DNA from: Candidatus Poseidoniales archaeon
Lineage (GTDB): Archaea > Thermoplasmatota > Poseidoniia > Poseidoniales > Poseidoniaceae
Assembly (NCBI GenBank): GCA_003602475.1
Contig: QQSC01000015.1
Location: 46,313 to 110,312, forward strand
Direction: 5' to 3'
Length of the DNA stretch: 64,000 nucleotides
Below the pieces are notes generated by a model. That model worked only from the letters and a program-made list of their open reading frames with translations, searched no databases and was not told the origin of the DNA. This document shows, one piece after another, positions 28,101 to 37,522 of the stretch; positions within the stretch are counted from its first letter, which is position 1; each line of letters opens with the position of its first letter. The position numbers and the translations under genes are program-made.

Positions 28101-31100
28101 ATGTTGACACCTGGATGGGTCATGTCGGTGATGTTGAGGCCTCCTCCGTTGCCAAGAGTTCGAACCGTTAGCGGGTGAGCCCGTCGCATGGTGTAGTCTT
28201 CAACAGGCGAGTATTGACCGCTGTTTTCCCATCCGAACAAACCCTCCTCGGTGGTAATCCAAAGATGATTTGCACCAAGCGTCCCGTCGAGAATTTCGCC
28301 CGGTCGGAAGGTGCCGAGAACGGCGTGGGCTCCAGTTCGGGCCTCGAGAAGAATGGCGCTTTGCAGCGAGGTCATGGCGAGCAACTGCTCCCCATCGCTG
28401 ACCATGCCGGTCACGCTGGGTTGAGTTTGCATAGCGGCGTTTCCATCTTCGAATTCATCGCTTGAACTGTTCCAATGGGTGAGTGGGCCCGAACCCGTCG
28501 CCACGTGAACGCCCCACCAGTCGCTGGCAAGGGCGGTGACCGTGTTTGAGGGAAGTTGGTCGAAGCGATGGGTTGAATCCACGGCGTTGCTGCTCAACGA
28601 GGCGATGCTTACCCCCGGTCGTTCCGCACCACGGCCGTCGTGAGCCAGGACCAGCATGGGGTTGATGCCACCAGGGTTGAGCACCGTCAAACCCCATGTT
28701 GAATCTCCGAGCAATCCATCGTTTGAGTCGATGGTCGTTGCGATGCCGGTTGTTTCATCCCAAGCCACCAAACCGAGCGGTGTGGCCATGTATACCGTGG
28801 TGCCCACGGCCAAAATATCCTCCACAATGCTGGTGGGCAATCCGTTGGCGGCTGTGATTGAATCCATCCAATCGGCTTGAGCGTAATCCCATCGGCCGAC
28901 ACCGCCGTCGGTGGCGATGTAGAGAATGCTGCTGGTTTCTGTGAATCCGTTGATCACGCTGGAAGGTAGACCGCCAACGAGGCGTCCACTTGTGAACTGC
29001 TGACTGCTGACGTCAAAGCGTTGCACGCCCGGCGGGCTTCCACCGTCACCAGAAAGACCGATGATGAGTTCGGTTCCGCTCACCGCCATGGTGTCCATTT
29101 TGTTGTGCAATGCGCCGTTTCGCATGCTCACGGCGCCGGTGGTGGTGTCGAGAACCATCAACCCGCTGGGGTTGGTGGTGATGTAGAGGTCGGTCCCGTC
29201 AAGATGCATGCTGCCAGCCACCGAGTTGGCCGTGAGTGTCCATCCGTAGTCCCACTCCACGCTTCCGTTGGGCAGGAAGGTTCCTTGCAACAAGCCGGCA
29301 GAAGTGCCGAAGTTGCCCGTTTGCCCGCCGCCAGTAAGAACGCCGGTGGCCGCCCAAATGTGCGTGGCGTTTGATGCCATGGCGGTTACTTGACCGCTCA
29401 CAAGGCCGGGGAGATCAACCACCTTTTGGATGCCGAGAGAGGAGAGGGTCGAGACATGACTGTAGCCAGAAGTTCCACCTGCTTGACCGATCATCCAGCC
29501 CGTGTTGGATCCCATCCATTGCAACGATGTGACGGATGAACCCGCCCCGGAAACGGCGGCTTGGCCGCTTGATGCCCCGTTCGAGGCGAGCAGAGAATAC
29601 CCGCCTCCGATGGCGCTTCCTACGGACCCAATACCGTGTCCGACGATCAATTGACCGTTGGCATGGGCCAAACCGTCGTACCATATTCGGTCGGCAGGGA
29701 GGTTATGGCTGGATTGGGTCAAACTTGTGAGCCATGTTGAGGTCGTGTAGCTGTATTTTGAGATGGGTTGGTTGTCTTGGTAGTACCCAACGTAGAGGGT
29801 TTCTGAAGTGTCGCAAGCCACCGAGGCGGGCTGATTGCCATCGAGGTCAAACCGTTCAAAAGCGGCGTCCATGGTTTGATTCTGGACGTCCAGCCGAGCA
29901 ATGCCGTCGGGGTACATGGCAATGTTGAGCAAACCACCGCACTCGACCATCGCAATGGGGTAGCCGTTGGGGACATTGGCATCCGAATTGGCTTCGTAGG
30001 TCGTCCAGGCCCCTGAACCGTCAAGATGGCTGACAATGCCTTCGGCAAAGCCGCCCCACGATTGCAATCGAGCCCCACCAACGATCAAGTCGCTTCCGTC
30101 GGTCCAAAGGTCGAGGAACTGGTCGCCTGCATTGCTGGGCATGTTCACGCCTTCAGACCATGCCGTAGCCCATTGGTTTGAGGTTTCATTGTAGCGTAGG
30201 ATTTCGTCGTTGGCCGCCATCAGCGTGAGGCCTTCGAATTCAACAATGCCACGGATTGGTAAATCAAAACCGTCCCATGAGCCGGTAAGCGTGCCGTTTG
30301 GAGCGTACAGGTCAAGCCGGAGTTCGCCCCAAGCCACCCACGTGTTGCCGTTGCTGCTGGTGTAGGCCGTGACCCTGTCAATGGAGCCGGTGGGCAAAAG
30401 AGCAGAATCAAACGCATTCGATGAGGTGTTCCACACCGCAATACCGCCCGAGCCGTCAGCGTTCCACCACTGGCCGGATGAAAGTGAAATGAACAGATGA
30501 TCGCCCCTGAGGTGCATGCTGTAGACGTCGCCGTTGTTTTCGCTGAGTTCAGTCCCGATGTCAAGAGCACCAGGGTTCGTGAAATTAACCACATCCAATC
30601 GCCCTACTTCGTCACCGTTTGTGCTTGAATGGTAGTACATGATGCCGTTGTGAATGGTCATTTGGTAGGCGGAGCCTGAAGCATCGTAGAGGTTGCTGTT
30701 CGTTTCGATGTCGTAGATTTCAGCGCCCGTCGTGGTGTTGATGAGTTGAAATCCGTCGTTGCCGCCGACCCACAAATGCCCGGGGCGCACGTCCGCTACC
30801 AAGCCGGTAATGTCGTCGTTTCCACCGTCCAACTGACCGTTGGCTTCTGAAAACGATGACAACCATTGGCCAGATGTGAGGTTGTAGCGCAAGACACCCA
30901 ATCCATCGGTGCCAATGTAGGCAATGTCGTCAATGATTTCCACCACGGCGTTCCCTGTCTGCGAGGCTTCGCCCCAGTTGAAATCGTGCTGGAACGTGGA
31001 TTTGTCGATCACACCAACGCCGGTGGTCGTCCCACCAAAGACGTAATTTGAGTTCAAACCAACCGAATACGTGGCCCAGTTTGGCATGCCGTCGAAGACG

Positions 31101-33484
31101 TTTTGGCAATCGTTGATTCCCAGCGTGGCGATGCTGTATTTGCAGACCCCGATGTTGGTGGCGGCGTACAAACTTCCTCCAGAAATGCTTACATCAACTG
31201 CGAAATCAAAGAACTGATTTGGCCGAGTGTCCCAAGAAGATCCCTGGCCGAATGTGGTGAATTGTGAACCGTCCCATTTCCGTGCACCTTGCTGGGTGCC
31301 GATGTAAAGGTTGGAGCCGTCCGATTCAAGCGCATAGATCTGGTTGCTTGGCAGTTGGGGGTTTCGCCCATTGCTGGTAAACGGGGCCAGAATTTCACCG
31401 GTTAGGAGGTTTTTCCGGGCCACGCCGTATCCGGGTAGGCCGAGAAACAACTCGTTCCCGACCGTGGCTACCGGTGCAAAACTGACACCGTTCACACCGG
31501 TTGATATCCATGGCGTCATCCAGGTGCCGTTGGCGATATCGTATCGCAAAACGCCCTCGTCTTGACTCGCAACATACCCGATGCCGTTGTGAAGGGCGAC
31601 ATCACCGAGATCTTGGGTGGGCAAGTCGCCGTTGGCTGTTACCGAGCAGGTTCCAGTGGTGCGGTCAACGTGAACAACGGTGCCGGTGCTCAAGGAAATG
31701 AAGACGGATGCGGCATCCACAGCCATGCTGACGATGTCGGCGTTGAATGTATTGGAGCAATTCTGACCGTTGATGGTGCCCAAGAGAGCACCTGAAGTGG
31801 ACCATTGCTCAACGGAAAACCCATTGTCGGTGCCGACGAACAAATCCGTGCCGTCGGTGGCCAACTCCAGCACTTCTTGACCGTTCAACGACCACGGAGT
31901 TTGCCAAACGGCGTTGGCCACATCGTAGCGCATCACCCCCGTTCCGTCTGAAGTCCCGATGTAAACCACGCCTCCCAACTCCAGCACTTCTTGCATGTCG
32001 TCCGTGGCGGGCCCGCTGGAAAGAAGCATGTTCCCTTGATGCAGGGTGTTGGACTGCGGCGTCATCTTCGCCAGCAACCCACTGCCATCCGAGAGCATGA
32101 TCGTGTCGTTGGTGGGGGCTGCGGGGCCCGTCGAGGGCCAAATGAAAGCGAATTCGGCGTCGTTGACCAGCCCCACACTGCTCAAATCAACGGTTGTTCC
32201 GAACACACCCATCGTCGTGTTGTAGGTGTGGACGGAGGGGCCGTTGGCGATGAGGACCGCATCACCAACCGCTGCAATTCCGCCAATGCGGTTGTCGTCG
32301 AGCCAATTGCCCTCGTTCCAGGTGGACAACCAAAATCCAGCGTTGTGGTTGTAGCGGCCGATGCCGTTGTCAAGAGAGCCAAGCAGGAGTTGATTGCCAA
32401 CCGTGAGGAAGGTGTGGATGCTGTCAGAGTGAAGGACGTTGGCAGATGACCATGCAGAGAGGGATTGTGCCGTCACAGTATCGTAGCGCAAGACCCCTGT
32501 GCCTTGGATGGCAGCATAGATGACGCCTCCTGTCTCATGGAGGGCGAGAGCCGTCCCTGCGGAATCGCTGACGGTGATCAAGCTGGTCCAAGATGCACCA
32601 TCAAACATCATGAGGCCGTTGTTGTTGGCTGCGAACACCTCACCTGCTGAGGACAGCATGAACGCATCAGGTGTGCTGGGAGGTGCTGGAACCGGCGATT
32701 GAACGCTCAAATCAAGCAGCGAGAAAGCGTGGAGCGAACCGTCTCCAGCCAACACGTGAAGGAGGCCATTGGCGGTGTCGACCACCAAATTTCGTGCTCC
32801 CTGGTGGGTTTCAAGATCGATCAAATCCAACACATGAGGGTCGGTGTTGGCATGAAGCATCATCAAATCGTTGTTCATGGCCAGGAAGAGCACGCCCGTG
32901 TCGGGGTGGACGGCGACATCGTGCAGCACGGTTGGCAAGGGCCGTAGAGACACGGCCGGGTCGACCGGGGCCAATGTTTGAATGACCAAGTCCGTGATGA
33001 CAGCACTGGAGGGCAAATCCCAACCTGCTGCTGAATTGGAATTTGGCGACATTCGACCGCTGTAGGTGGGGCCGCTGGCGAAGCCTTCAGCTTCACCCAA
33101 CACGCCCAATCCGCGCCAATCGAGGAGATTCACACCCAACCCGTCGACGGCAAGCATCGGCTCCTCTACGGTCATTCCTGCTTGACCGCTCGCCCGAATC
33201 TCAAGCGTGACGTTGGACAATTCAGCACCCGGTGCGAACGATAGATTCCACATCGTCGAGGCTTGTTGGCCGCTGATTGAGTCGGCTCCCGTGGCATCCA
33301 ACGTGACCCATCCCGTGTCGTCGGAGCCTTCCAGTGGCCACGATACTCCGCTGGGTTCAGCGTGAGCAGAAACGGTGGGAACCATCAGCATTGGTGAAAT
33401 GGACATCATGAGCATCAGCACGACCATTTCCACAGCCCTTCGGCCGGCTGGAGGTGAAACCCGGCTTGCGTCGCGTGAACTCAT
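25193..33484 (-). CDS. Giant (2763 aa) cell-surface protein. It has a signal peptide, many beta-propeller (two-component-regulator-propeller-like) repeats, FN3/Ig-like repeats, and a C-terminal TM anchor with a cytoplasmic tail.
   Basis: It has an N-terminal signal peptide. There are more than ten repeats of the type GVLRYD…W / GVMRYDVANAVWQTPW / GIARLDVQNQTMDAAF. The C-terminal third has repeated 'Y-x-V-x-V-x-A-x-D-x-x-G/N-N' strands, which are FN3-like. The TM segment is LVAAGMVIVVLLLLVLVA, followed by basic residues and a 100-aa P/Q-rich tail. Confidence 0.85.
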   Translation of the reverse strand: MSSRDASRVSPPAGRRAVEMVVLMLMMSISPMLMVPTVSAHAEPSGVSWPLEGSDDTGWVTLDATGADSISGQQASTMWNLSFAPGAELSNVTLEIRASGQAGMTVEEPMLAVDGLGVNLLDWRGLGVLGEAEGFASGPTYSGRMSPNSNSAAGWDLPSSAVITDLVIQTLAPVDPAVSLRPLPTVLHDVAVHPDTGVLFLAMNNDLMMLHANTDPHVLDLIDLETHQGARNLVVDTANGLLHVLAGDGSLHAFSLLDLSVQSPVPAPPSTPDAFMLSSAGEVFAANNNGLMMFDGASWTSLITVSDSAGTALALHETGGVIYAAIQGTGVLRYDTVTAQSLSAWSSANVLHSDSIHTFLTVGNQLLLGSLDNGIGRYNHNAGFWLSTWNEGNWLDDNRIGGIAAVGDAVLIANGPSVHTYNTTMGVFGTTVDLSSVGLVNDAEFAFIWPSTGPAAPTNDTIMLSDGSGLLAKMTPQSNTLHQGNMLLSSGPATDDMQEVLELGGVVYIGTSDGTGVMRYDVANAVWQTPWSLNGQEVLELATDGTDLFVGTDNGFSVEQWSTSGALLGTINGQNCSNTFNADIVSMAVDAASVFISLSTGTVVHVDRTTGTCSVTANGDLPTQDLGDVALHNGIGYVASQDEGVLRYDIANGTWMTPWISTGVNGVSFAPVATVGNELFLGLPGYGVARKNLLTGEILAPFTSNGRNPQLPSNQIYALESDGSNLYIGTQQGARKWDGSQFTTFGQGSSWDTRPNQFFDFAVDVSISGGSLYAATNIGVCKYSIATLGINDCQNVFDGMPNWATYSVGLNSNYVFGGTTTGVGVIDKSTFQHDFNWGEASQTGNAVVEIIDDIAYIGTDGLGVLRYNLTSGQWLSSFSEANGQLDGGNDDITGLVADVRPGHLWVGGNDGFQLINTTTGAEIYDIETNSNLYDASGSAYQMTIHNGIMYYHSSTNGDEVGRLDVVNFTNPGALDIGTELSENNGDVYSMHLRGDHLFISLSSGQWWNADGSGGIAVWNTSSNAFDSALLPTGSIDRVTAYTSSNGNTWVAWGELRLDLYAPNGTLTGSWDGFDLPIRGIVEFEGLTLMAANDEILRYNETSNQWATAWSEGVNMPSNAGDQFLDLWTDGSDLIVGGARLQSWGGFAEGIVSHLDGSGAWTTYEANSDANVPNGYPIAMVECGGLLNIAMYPDGIARLDVQNQTMDAAFERFDLDGNQPASVACDTSETLYVGYYQDNQPISKYSYTTSTWLTSLTQSSHNLPADRIWYDGLAHANGQLIVGHGIGSVGSAIGGGYSLLASNGASSGQAAVSGAGSSVTSLQWMGSNTGWMIGQAGGTSGYSHVSTLSSLGIQKVVDLPGLVSGQVTAMASNATHIWAATGVLTGGGQTGNFGTSAGLLQGTFLPNGSVEWDYGWTLTANSVAGSMHLDGTDLYITTNPSGLMVLDTTTGAVSMRNGALHNKMDTMAVSGTELIIGLSGDGGSPPGVQRFDVSSQQFTSGRLVGGLPSSVINGFTETSSILYIATDGGVGRWDYAQADWMDSITAANGLPTSIVEDILAVGTTVYMATPLGLVAWDETTGIATTIDSNDGLLGDSTWGLTVLNPGGINPMLVLAHDGRGAERPGVSIASLSSNAVDSTHRFDQLPSNTVTALASDWWGVHVATGSGPLTHWNSSSDEFEDGNAAMQTQPSVTGMVSDGEQLLAMTSLQSAILLEARTGAHAVLGTFRPGEILDGTLGANHLWITTEEGLFGWENSGQYSPVEDYTMRRAHPLTVRTLGNGGGLNITDMTHPGVNITLVDPSDPYALNAELGTAGAHGVLFQNVPLVFTSPVNGAAVWTQSERLLYDITLDLSNDPALGMNLQSAVDVAPLYNNTRHVSLRLLSPSNGSMEARITYDYVRTDTPVVMQDLTDRPDDGGGALMASWSLVHDEDFARYVVFVNEGPWETAPTEAMLMQRTPDKAVSLHSRLSTEVQTANGVPLQDGVDYHAVVVVEYNDGRWGDISPSVGPATSSNEVPRPPAWAQALPAEGDDNDGDLSLEWARCTALDLASTNVYVATTPFTDAFGLTPASTYLPNQGNLSTIALTPGVPVWIGWTCVDQSGQENLSDITVVGPVVPTGELNDNQAPDPIEGTRALDVPEDEGGRINVEWNASDAEDCAFYTVFMSPWDEAMQNDASLSLSDPSSVESFSQAAIINDCLTTSIVLNRLDGIPLTDGRSYAVGVVAYDAWLNGNIDDVTLVLATPMQNVIGQGSTPNRITTLLAFDHPEDDGTAIDVVWEPSQVDDFASYTVWVADQPVTDLSALYALTGTDANACGCFSFNKQWIDEETNPIQLTLSTALYTNGGGLTDGAPGLIQPGIELYTAVTVHDLRGNVHLTDLTQATVTPVDNLNDNTAPERLTEVRLVDRPNDNGQALLLDFDLSEAGDVAAYEVYAATYDFNGEVTALLTPVATLGRNPALPVVIDLVAGDTPVVPGQQIWAAVVVVDSSSNSFTDMLTMVSAEATNEGITDPGVYLPDIANVGVSWFEETSILVEWNHSTDARVRGYQVYIHDEAFEDTGIATMVGEVRASNSYLITSELYEELDNTTGWHLAVVAFDETVSKTTVESLLLLPVNGDEAGTESTEDGDGLQLESLLTGPNLVAAGMVIVVLLLLVLVARSRSGGQKRNKNWELQEATWGIETPSWEAPQGMPAPSPPQGVSAQQASDIYAAAEQIQSPDYGQTAYQAPQPVVQPRVDMNLLDGLVDEPQAPSQPKVDTSFLDDLL

Positions 33485-33495
33485 GAAATTAAGCC

Positions 33496-33510
33496 GGCTT
33501 TCAACATATT
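33496..33510. promoter_or_regulatory. Perfect palindrome TTCAA-CATAT-TTGAA in the divergent intergenic region between the giant surface-protein gene and maeB.
   Basis: The inverted repeat is seen directly in the sequence. It lies about 12–26 nt upstream of the minus-strand ATG, where a TATA/BRE would sit for a leaderless transcript. The ATAT core is TATA-like. Confidence 0.25.
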
Positions 33511-33590
33511 TGAACGCGGTCCCTTAATGCGCCCGTTTTGCTCAGCAGGAGCGGGTTTGGCCGAGATGTTGCGCCCGTCAAACGGGGACG

Positions 33591-35963
33591 GTGCCCGCGC
33601 TGAGGGTCACAAGACTGAAACACCCGCCTCCTCAGGACGGACAGGGTGTTAAAATCGAACGCGATACCAAGGAAGAACATCTTCGAAAAGAAGCCCTTGC
33701 CTACCACGAGCTCGAACCGCGCGGGAAAATCAAGGTTGTACCCACGAAACCTCACGCTACTGCGCACGAGTTGAGTTTGGCGTATTCTCCGGGCGTGGCT
33801 TATCCGTGTTTGGAAATCGCAGAGCGGCCCGAAGACGCCTATCGCTACACATCCAAGGGGAATTTGGTTGCTGTTATCTCCAACGGTACGGCCGTCCTCG
33901 GCCTTGGAAACATAGGGGCGTTGGCGAGCAAACCCGTCATGGAGGGCAAGGGACTTTTGCTCAAAACCTTCGCTGGCATCGACGTCTTTGATATTGAGGT
34001 GGACACCGAGGACCCGGAAGCCTTCATTCAGACGGTGGTGAACATTTCCAAGACGTTTGGTGGCATCAATCTCGAGGACATCAAAGCGCCGGAGTGCTTT
34101 GAAATCGAACGTCGAATCGCTGAAGCGACCGATATTCCGGTGATGCACGACGATCAACACGGCACCGCCATCATCTCGGCGGCGGCGCTGTTGAACGCTG
34201 CTGAATTGCAAGAAAAGCCTCTTGCGGACATCAAGGTGGTTGTGATTGGGGCTGGGGCTTCAGCATTGGCTTGCGCAACGCATTACGTCGCCATCGGTGT
34301 GGACATGGCCAACATCACGTTGGTCGACAGCAAAGGCATCGTGACCAAGCAACGGTTGGAAGACGGAGAGATCAACGAATACAAAGCACCCTTCGCCAAG
34401 GACCGAGAACCGGGCGATTTGGCCGATGCATTGGTGGGCGCTGACGTGATGCTCGGCTTGTCCCGAGGCGGGTTGGTCACCAAGGAAATGGTCGCCAGCA
34501 TGGCGGACCGACCGATCGTGTTCGCTCTGGCCAACCCCACGCCTGAGATTCTTCCCGAGGAAATCTTGACGGTTCGTCAAGACGCCATCATAGCCACTGG
34601 ACGCTCCGACTATGCAAATCAGGTGAACAACGTGCTCGGGTTCCCTTACATCTTCAGAGGCGCCCTTGATGTTCGAGCCAGGGACATCACACAGAACATG
34701 AAAATGGCGGCCACTCGGGCGCTGGCAGCCTTGGCCAAGGAACCCGTTCCCGATTACATTTCAGAAGCCTACGACGGTGTAACGATGCAGTACGGACCCG
34801 AATACATCATTCCCAAACCGTTTGACCGGAGGGTGTTGATCTGGGAGGCCGCCGCCGTAGCGCAGGCAGCCGTTGACGAAGGCATAGCGAGCGTGACCGC
34901 CGACTCTTTTGATGTTGAAGTCTACAAGGAAGAACTCGAAGCCCGGCTTGGAGAATCCTATTCGGTGATGCGCCAGGTGATCAACCAAGTCAAAGGCAAG
35001 GGCAAGCGTATCGTGTTCCCGGAGGGCGACAACGAATCTGTTCTTCGGGCTGCAGCCCAATTGGCCGAACAGCGAATTTGCTTCCCCGTGCTGCTGGGTC
35101 CCGTTGATCGAATCGACCGTATGGTGGAGGAACTTGGCTTGGATTTCGCCTATGAACGCTACGACCCCCGGTACGACGAGCGACGAAAAGGAATCTACAC
35201 CGAGGCGTTTGTTGAGCAACGGCGCCGCAAAGGTGTCACGGCCCCTGACGCCTCACGATTGCTGAAAAGTCGCCCATATTTTGCATCGATGATGGTGAAG
35301 CAAGGCGACGCTGACGGGTTCGTTGGGGGCGTTAGTCGCCACTACGGCGATGTCCTTCGCCCAACGTTGCAACTCATCGGACCGGCAGAAGACAGCCATT
35401 GCACCATCGGATGCTACATGATGAACATCAAGGGGCGCACGATCTTCCTCGCTGATGCAACGGTCAATGTTTACCCCGACAGCAGAACGCTCGCTGAAAT
35501 TGCGGTTCAAACCGCCCGAGTTGCACGCAGATTTGGATTGAACCCCCGTGTAGCCATGCTTTCGTTCTCGAATTTTGGTTCTACACGAGCCCAACGAAGC
35601 GAACGCATTGAGGACGCTGTGATGATGGCTAGAGAACTCGACCCGACGTTGATGATCGACGGTCCCATGCAAGCCGATGTTGCGTTGAACACCAAGGCGC
35701 GGGGCGGGTACCCGTTCACAGACCTCGTTGGTCTCGCCAACGTGTTGGTGCTCCCCAACCTGGCCGCTGCCAACATCGCCTACAAACTGCTTGAGGAATT
35801 GGGCGATGCAGAAATGACGGGGCCTATTCTCGAAGGCATGGCCCACCCTGTTCAGTTGGTTGCTCGCCAAGACGGCGTTCGCCACATCGTCAACATGGCC
35901 ACCATGTGCGCAGCGGATGCGATTCGAAGAGAATCCTATTGGGAATCACTGACCGAGGATTGA
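33591..35963 (+). CDS. maeB: NADP-dependent malic enzyme, MaeB-type fusion of a malic enzyme domain with a C-terminal phosphotransacetylase-like domain.
   Basis: The N-terminus has LAYSPGVA and GTAVLGLGNIGA (NAD(P)-binding). The protein is 790 aa with a PTA-like C-terminal half, as in MaeB-type enzymes. Confidence 0.9.
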   Translation: MPALRVTRLKHPPPQDGQGVKIERDTKEEHLRKEALAYHELEPRGKIKVVPTKPHATAHELSLAYSPGVAYPCLEIAERPEDAYRYTSKGNLVAVISNGTAVLGLGNIGALASKPVMEGKGLLLKTFAGIDVFDIEVDTEDPEAFIQTVVNISKTFGGINLEDIKAPECFEIERRIAEATDIPVMHDDQHGTAIISAAALLNAAELQEKPLADIKVVVIGAGASALACATHYVAIGVDMANITLVDSKGIVTKQRLEDGEINEYKAPFAKDREPGDLADALVGADVMLGLSRGGLVTKEMVASMADRPIVFALANPTPEILPEEILTVRQDAIIATGRSDYANQVNNVLGFPYIFRGALDVRARDITQNMKMAATRALAALAKEPVPDYISEAYDGVTMQYGPEYIIPKPFDRRVLIWEAAAVAQAAVDEGIASVTADSFDVEVYKEELEARLGESYSVMRQVINQVKGKGKRIVFPEGDNESVLRAAAQLAEQRICFPVLLGPVDRIDRMVEELGLDFAYERYDPRYDERRKGIYTEAFVEQRRRKGVTAPDASRLLKSRPYFASMMVKQGDADGFVGGVSRHYGDVLRPTLQLIGPAEDSHCTIGCYMMNIKGRTIFLADATVNVYPDSRTLAEIAVQTARVARRFGLNPRVAMLSFSNFGSTRAQRSERIEDAVMMARELDPTLMIDGPMQADVALNTKARGGYPFTDLVGLANVLVLPNLAAANIAYKLLEELGDAEMTGPILEGMAHPVQLVARQDGVRHIVNMATMCAADAIRRESYWESLTED

Positions 35964-36838
35964 GAACGCAACTCTCCGAGTGTGAGAACAGGGCGGCGCG
36001 GTCGCCACAACGCTCCGGTGAAGAACCCTGCACACAGACCACCCAACAGCAGGTTGAGCCAACCTTCAGCAGCGTAGTCGCCCATCCCTCTCAACACCGG
36101 TATCATGAACGAAGGGACAATGCCCAGAGCGGTCGTCCACAACAGTTCTGAGCGAAGATTCCCCCACCGGTCGGCAGAATCCGGGACACGAGTTGGTGGA
36201 CCTTCACGAATCGGTGTGAGCACCAAACGACCGACGACGTTTGGCAACGCCCGTCCATAAGGGACGCTGCCGAGCGCCGTCACGTGCTGGCGTTGGGGAT
36301 GAACCGCAACAGCAGCTCGCTGGTGAGCCGCTGGTCCGAGCCATTCGTTCGGCCGAGGACGGCCGTCCATCATGGCCCCGCGATAGTTGGCAGCAGGAGC
36401 GTCCACCAGACGTTCGGTGATGCCAGAAGGCACCTCGATGACCTTACCGATTCGAGCGGCTTGCCATTCGCCTTCCGATGGAGGCCGAACGGTCCAACCC
36501 TCCGAGTAGGGAGAATTTTTGAAATCGGGTGAATCCATCAGGTGGCTTGCCAATTCATCGAGGTCTGCGGAGGTGAGTTCCATCCATTCATCATTTCCGT
36601 TTTCCTCGGTGCTGATGCCCAACGCTCGCTTCACTTCGGTGGGTCGTAGCGGGGTTTTGAGGATGAAGAATTCAGGGAGTTGCACTTCATGGCTGGGCCG
36701 TTGTGACCCGTAAATCCAACCGCCTTTCGTGGTCCCCAAGATCGTCGTGCTCGCCGTTACCTCGTGGAAGCGGAGGCCGTTGAGTTGGATGCAGGTCACC
36801 GCCTTCACGCCAATGAGCCCATCATTCGTGTGTACCAA
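35936..36838 (-). CDS. FGE-sulfatase (formylglycine-generating-enzyme-like) domain protein with a C-terminal membrane anchor.
   Basis: It has PPSEGEWQAARIG, which resembles the FGE signature (LPTEAEWEYAARGG), and PEFFILKTPLRPTEV. C-terminal hydrophobic helices are present. Confidence 0.45.
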   Translation of the reverse strand: MVHTNDGLIGVKAVTCIQLNGLRFHEVTASTTILGTTKGGWIYGSQRPSHEVQLPEFFILKTPLRPTEVKRALGISTEENGNDEWMELTSADLDELASHLMDSPDFKNSPYSEGWTVRPPSEGEWQAARIGKVIEVPSGITERLVDAPAANYRGAMMDGRPRPNEWLGPAAHQRAAVAVHPQRQHVTALGSVPYGRALPNVVGRLVLTPIREGPPTRVPDSADRWGNLRSELLWTTALGIVPSFMIPVLRGMGDYAAEGWLNLLLGGLCAGFFTGALWRPRRPVLTLGELRSQSSVSDSQ

Positions 36839-37497
36839 GCCATCCCCATCGTGTGGTCTTCCAGCAACTTGAATTGCGGGAATGGAGAGATTGAGCGCAT
36901 GTACCCAAAGGCAGCGAAGTCAACGATGTCCGGTTGGTCACCGCCAAAAAAAGGCTGTTCGTCGTGCGCTGCGGTGAATTCCGTCAACAGGTCGTGCCAC
37001 AATTTTTTCGGTGTTCGACCGTCGGATTTCACACGCTTTCGGGCGATGATGCCCCACATGATGGGAAAGCCAGCCCAAGCATAGAGGCGTTTGGAGATGA
37101 AGCCAAATTCTTCGAGTTTGGAGATGCGTGTGGTGGTTTTCAACGCCGAGCCCAGGGTGCCGTAAAGAATGGGCACGGTGGCCTTTGACATGTTGGTGTC
37201 CGCCCATTCAAGCCAGGTTTTGGTCCGCTCCTGATTGAGATGGCGGGTAAGTTGACCCTCGTTGTGATGCTTGTCGAGGTACTTCATGAGCGGCGTAGAA
37301 TCCACAACATGCTCGCCCGATGCAGCGGTGAACACGGGAACTTTACCCCAGTCGCCTGCAAAAGCAACATCTTTTTTGATTCGCATGCCGTTCACGGGGA
37401 CATATTCGACATCCAATCCGATGTGTTCGATGACCCCTCGTACCTTCCAACAAAAGGGGCAGGTGTTGAGGAGGTGAAGCGTGGGTTGTTCTCCCAT
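36805..37497 (-). CDS. Glutaredoxin-2/GST-like protein with a CPFC active site.
   Basis: The N-terminal thioredoxin fold has LHLLNTCPFCWKVR. Its size (230 aa) and C-terminal helical domain are typical of GrxB/GST. Confidence 0.65.
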   Translation of the reverse strand: MGEQPTLHLLNTCPFCWKVRGVIEHIGLDVEYVPVNGMRIKKDVAFAGDWGKVPVFTAASGEHVVDSTPLMKYLDKHHNEGQLTRHLNQERTKTWLEWADTNMSKATVPILYGTLGSALKTTTRISKLEEFGFISKRLYAWAGFPIMWGIIARKRVKSDGRTPKKLWHDLLTEFTAAHDEQPFFGGDQPDIVDFAAFGYMRSISPFPQFKLLEDHTMGMAWYTRMMGSLA

Positions 37498-37522
37498 GTC
37501 GTAGGGAGTGGTGGAACCTTCT

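Noticed and set aside
25962-32985. Numerous 60–175-aa plus-strand ORFs across the giant gene.
   Set aside because: They lie inside an uninterrupted 8.3-kb minus-strand ORF with a signal peptide, repeats and a TM anchor.
33501-34211. 236-aa minus-strand ORF opposite the 5' end of maeB.
   Set aside because: It is fully antisense to a confidently identified malic enzyme. It is Arg-rich and low-complexity, typical of GC-driven antisense ORFs.
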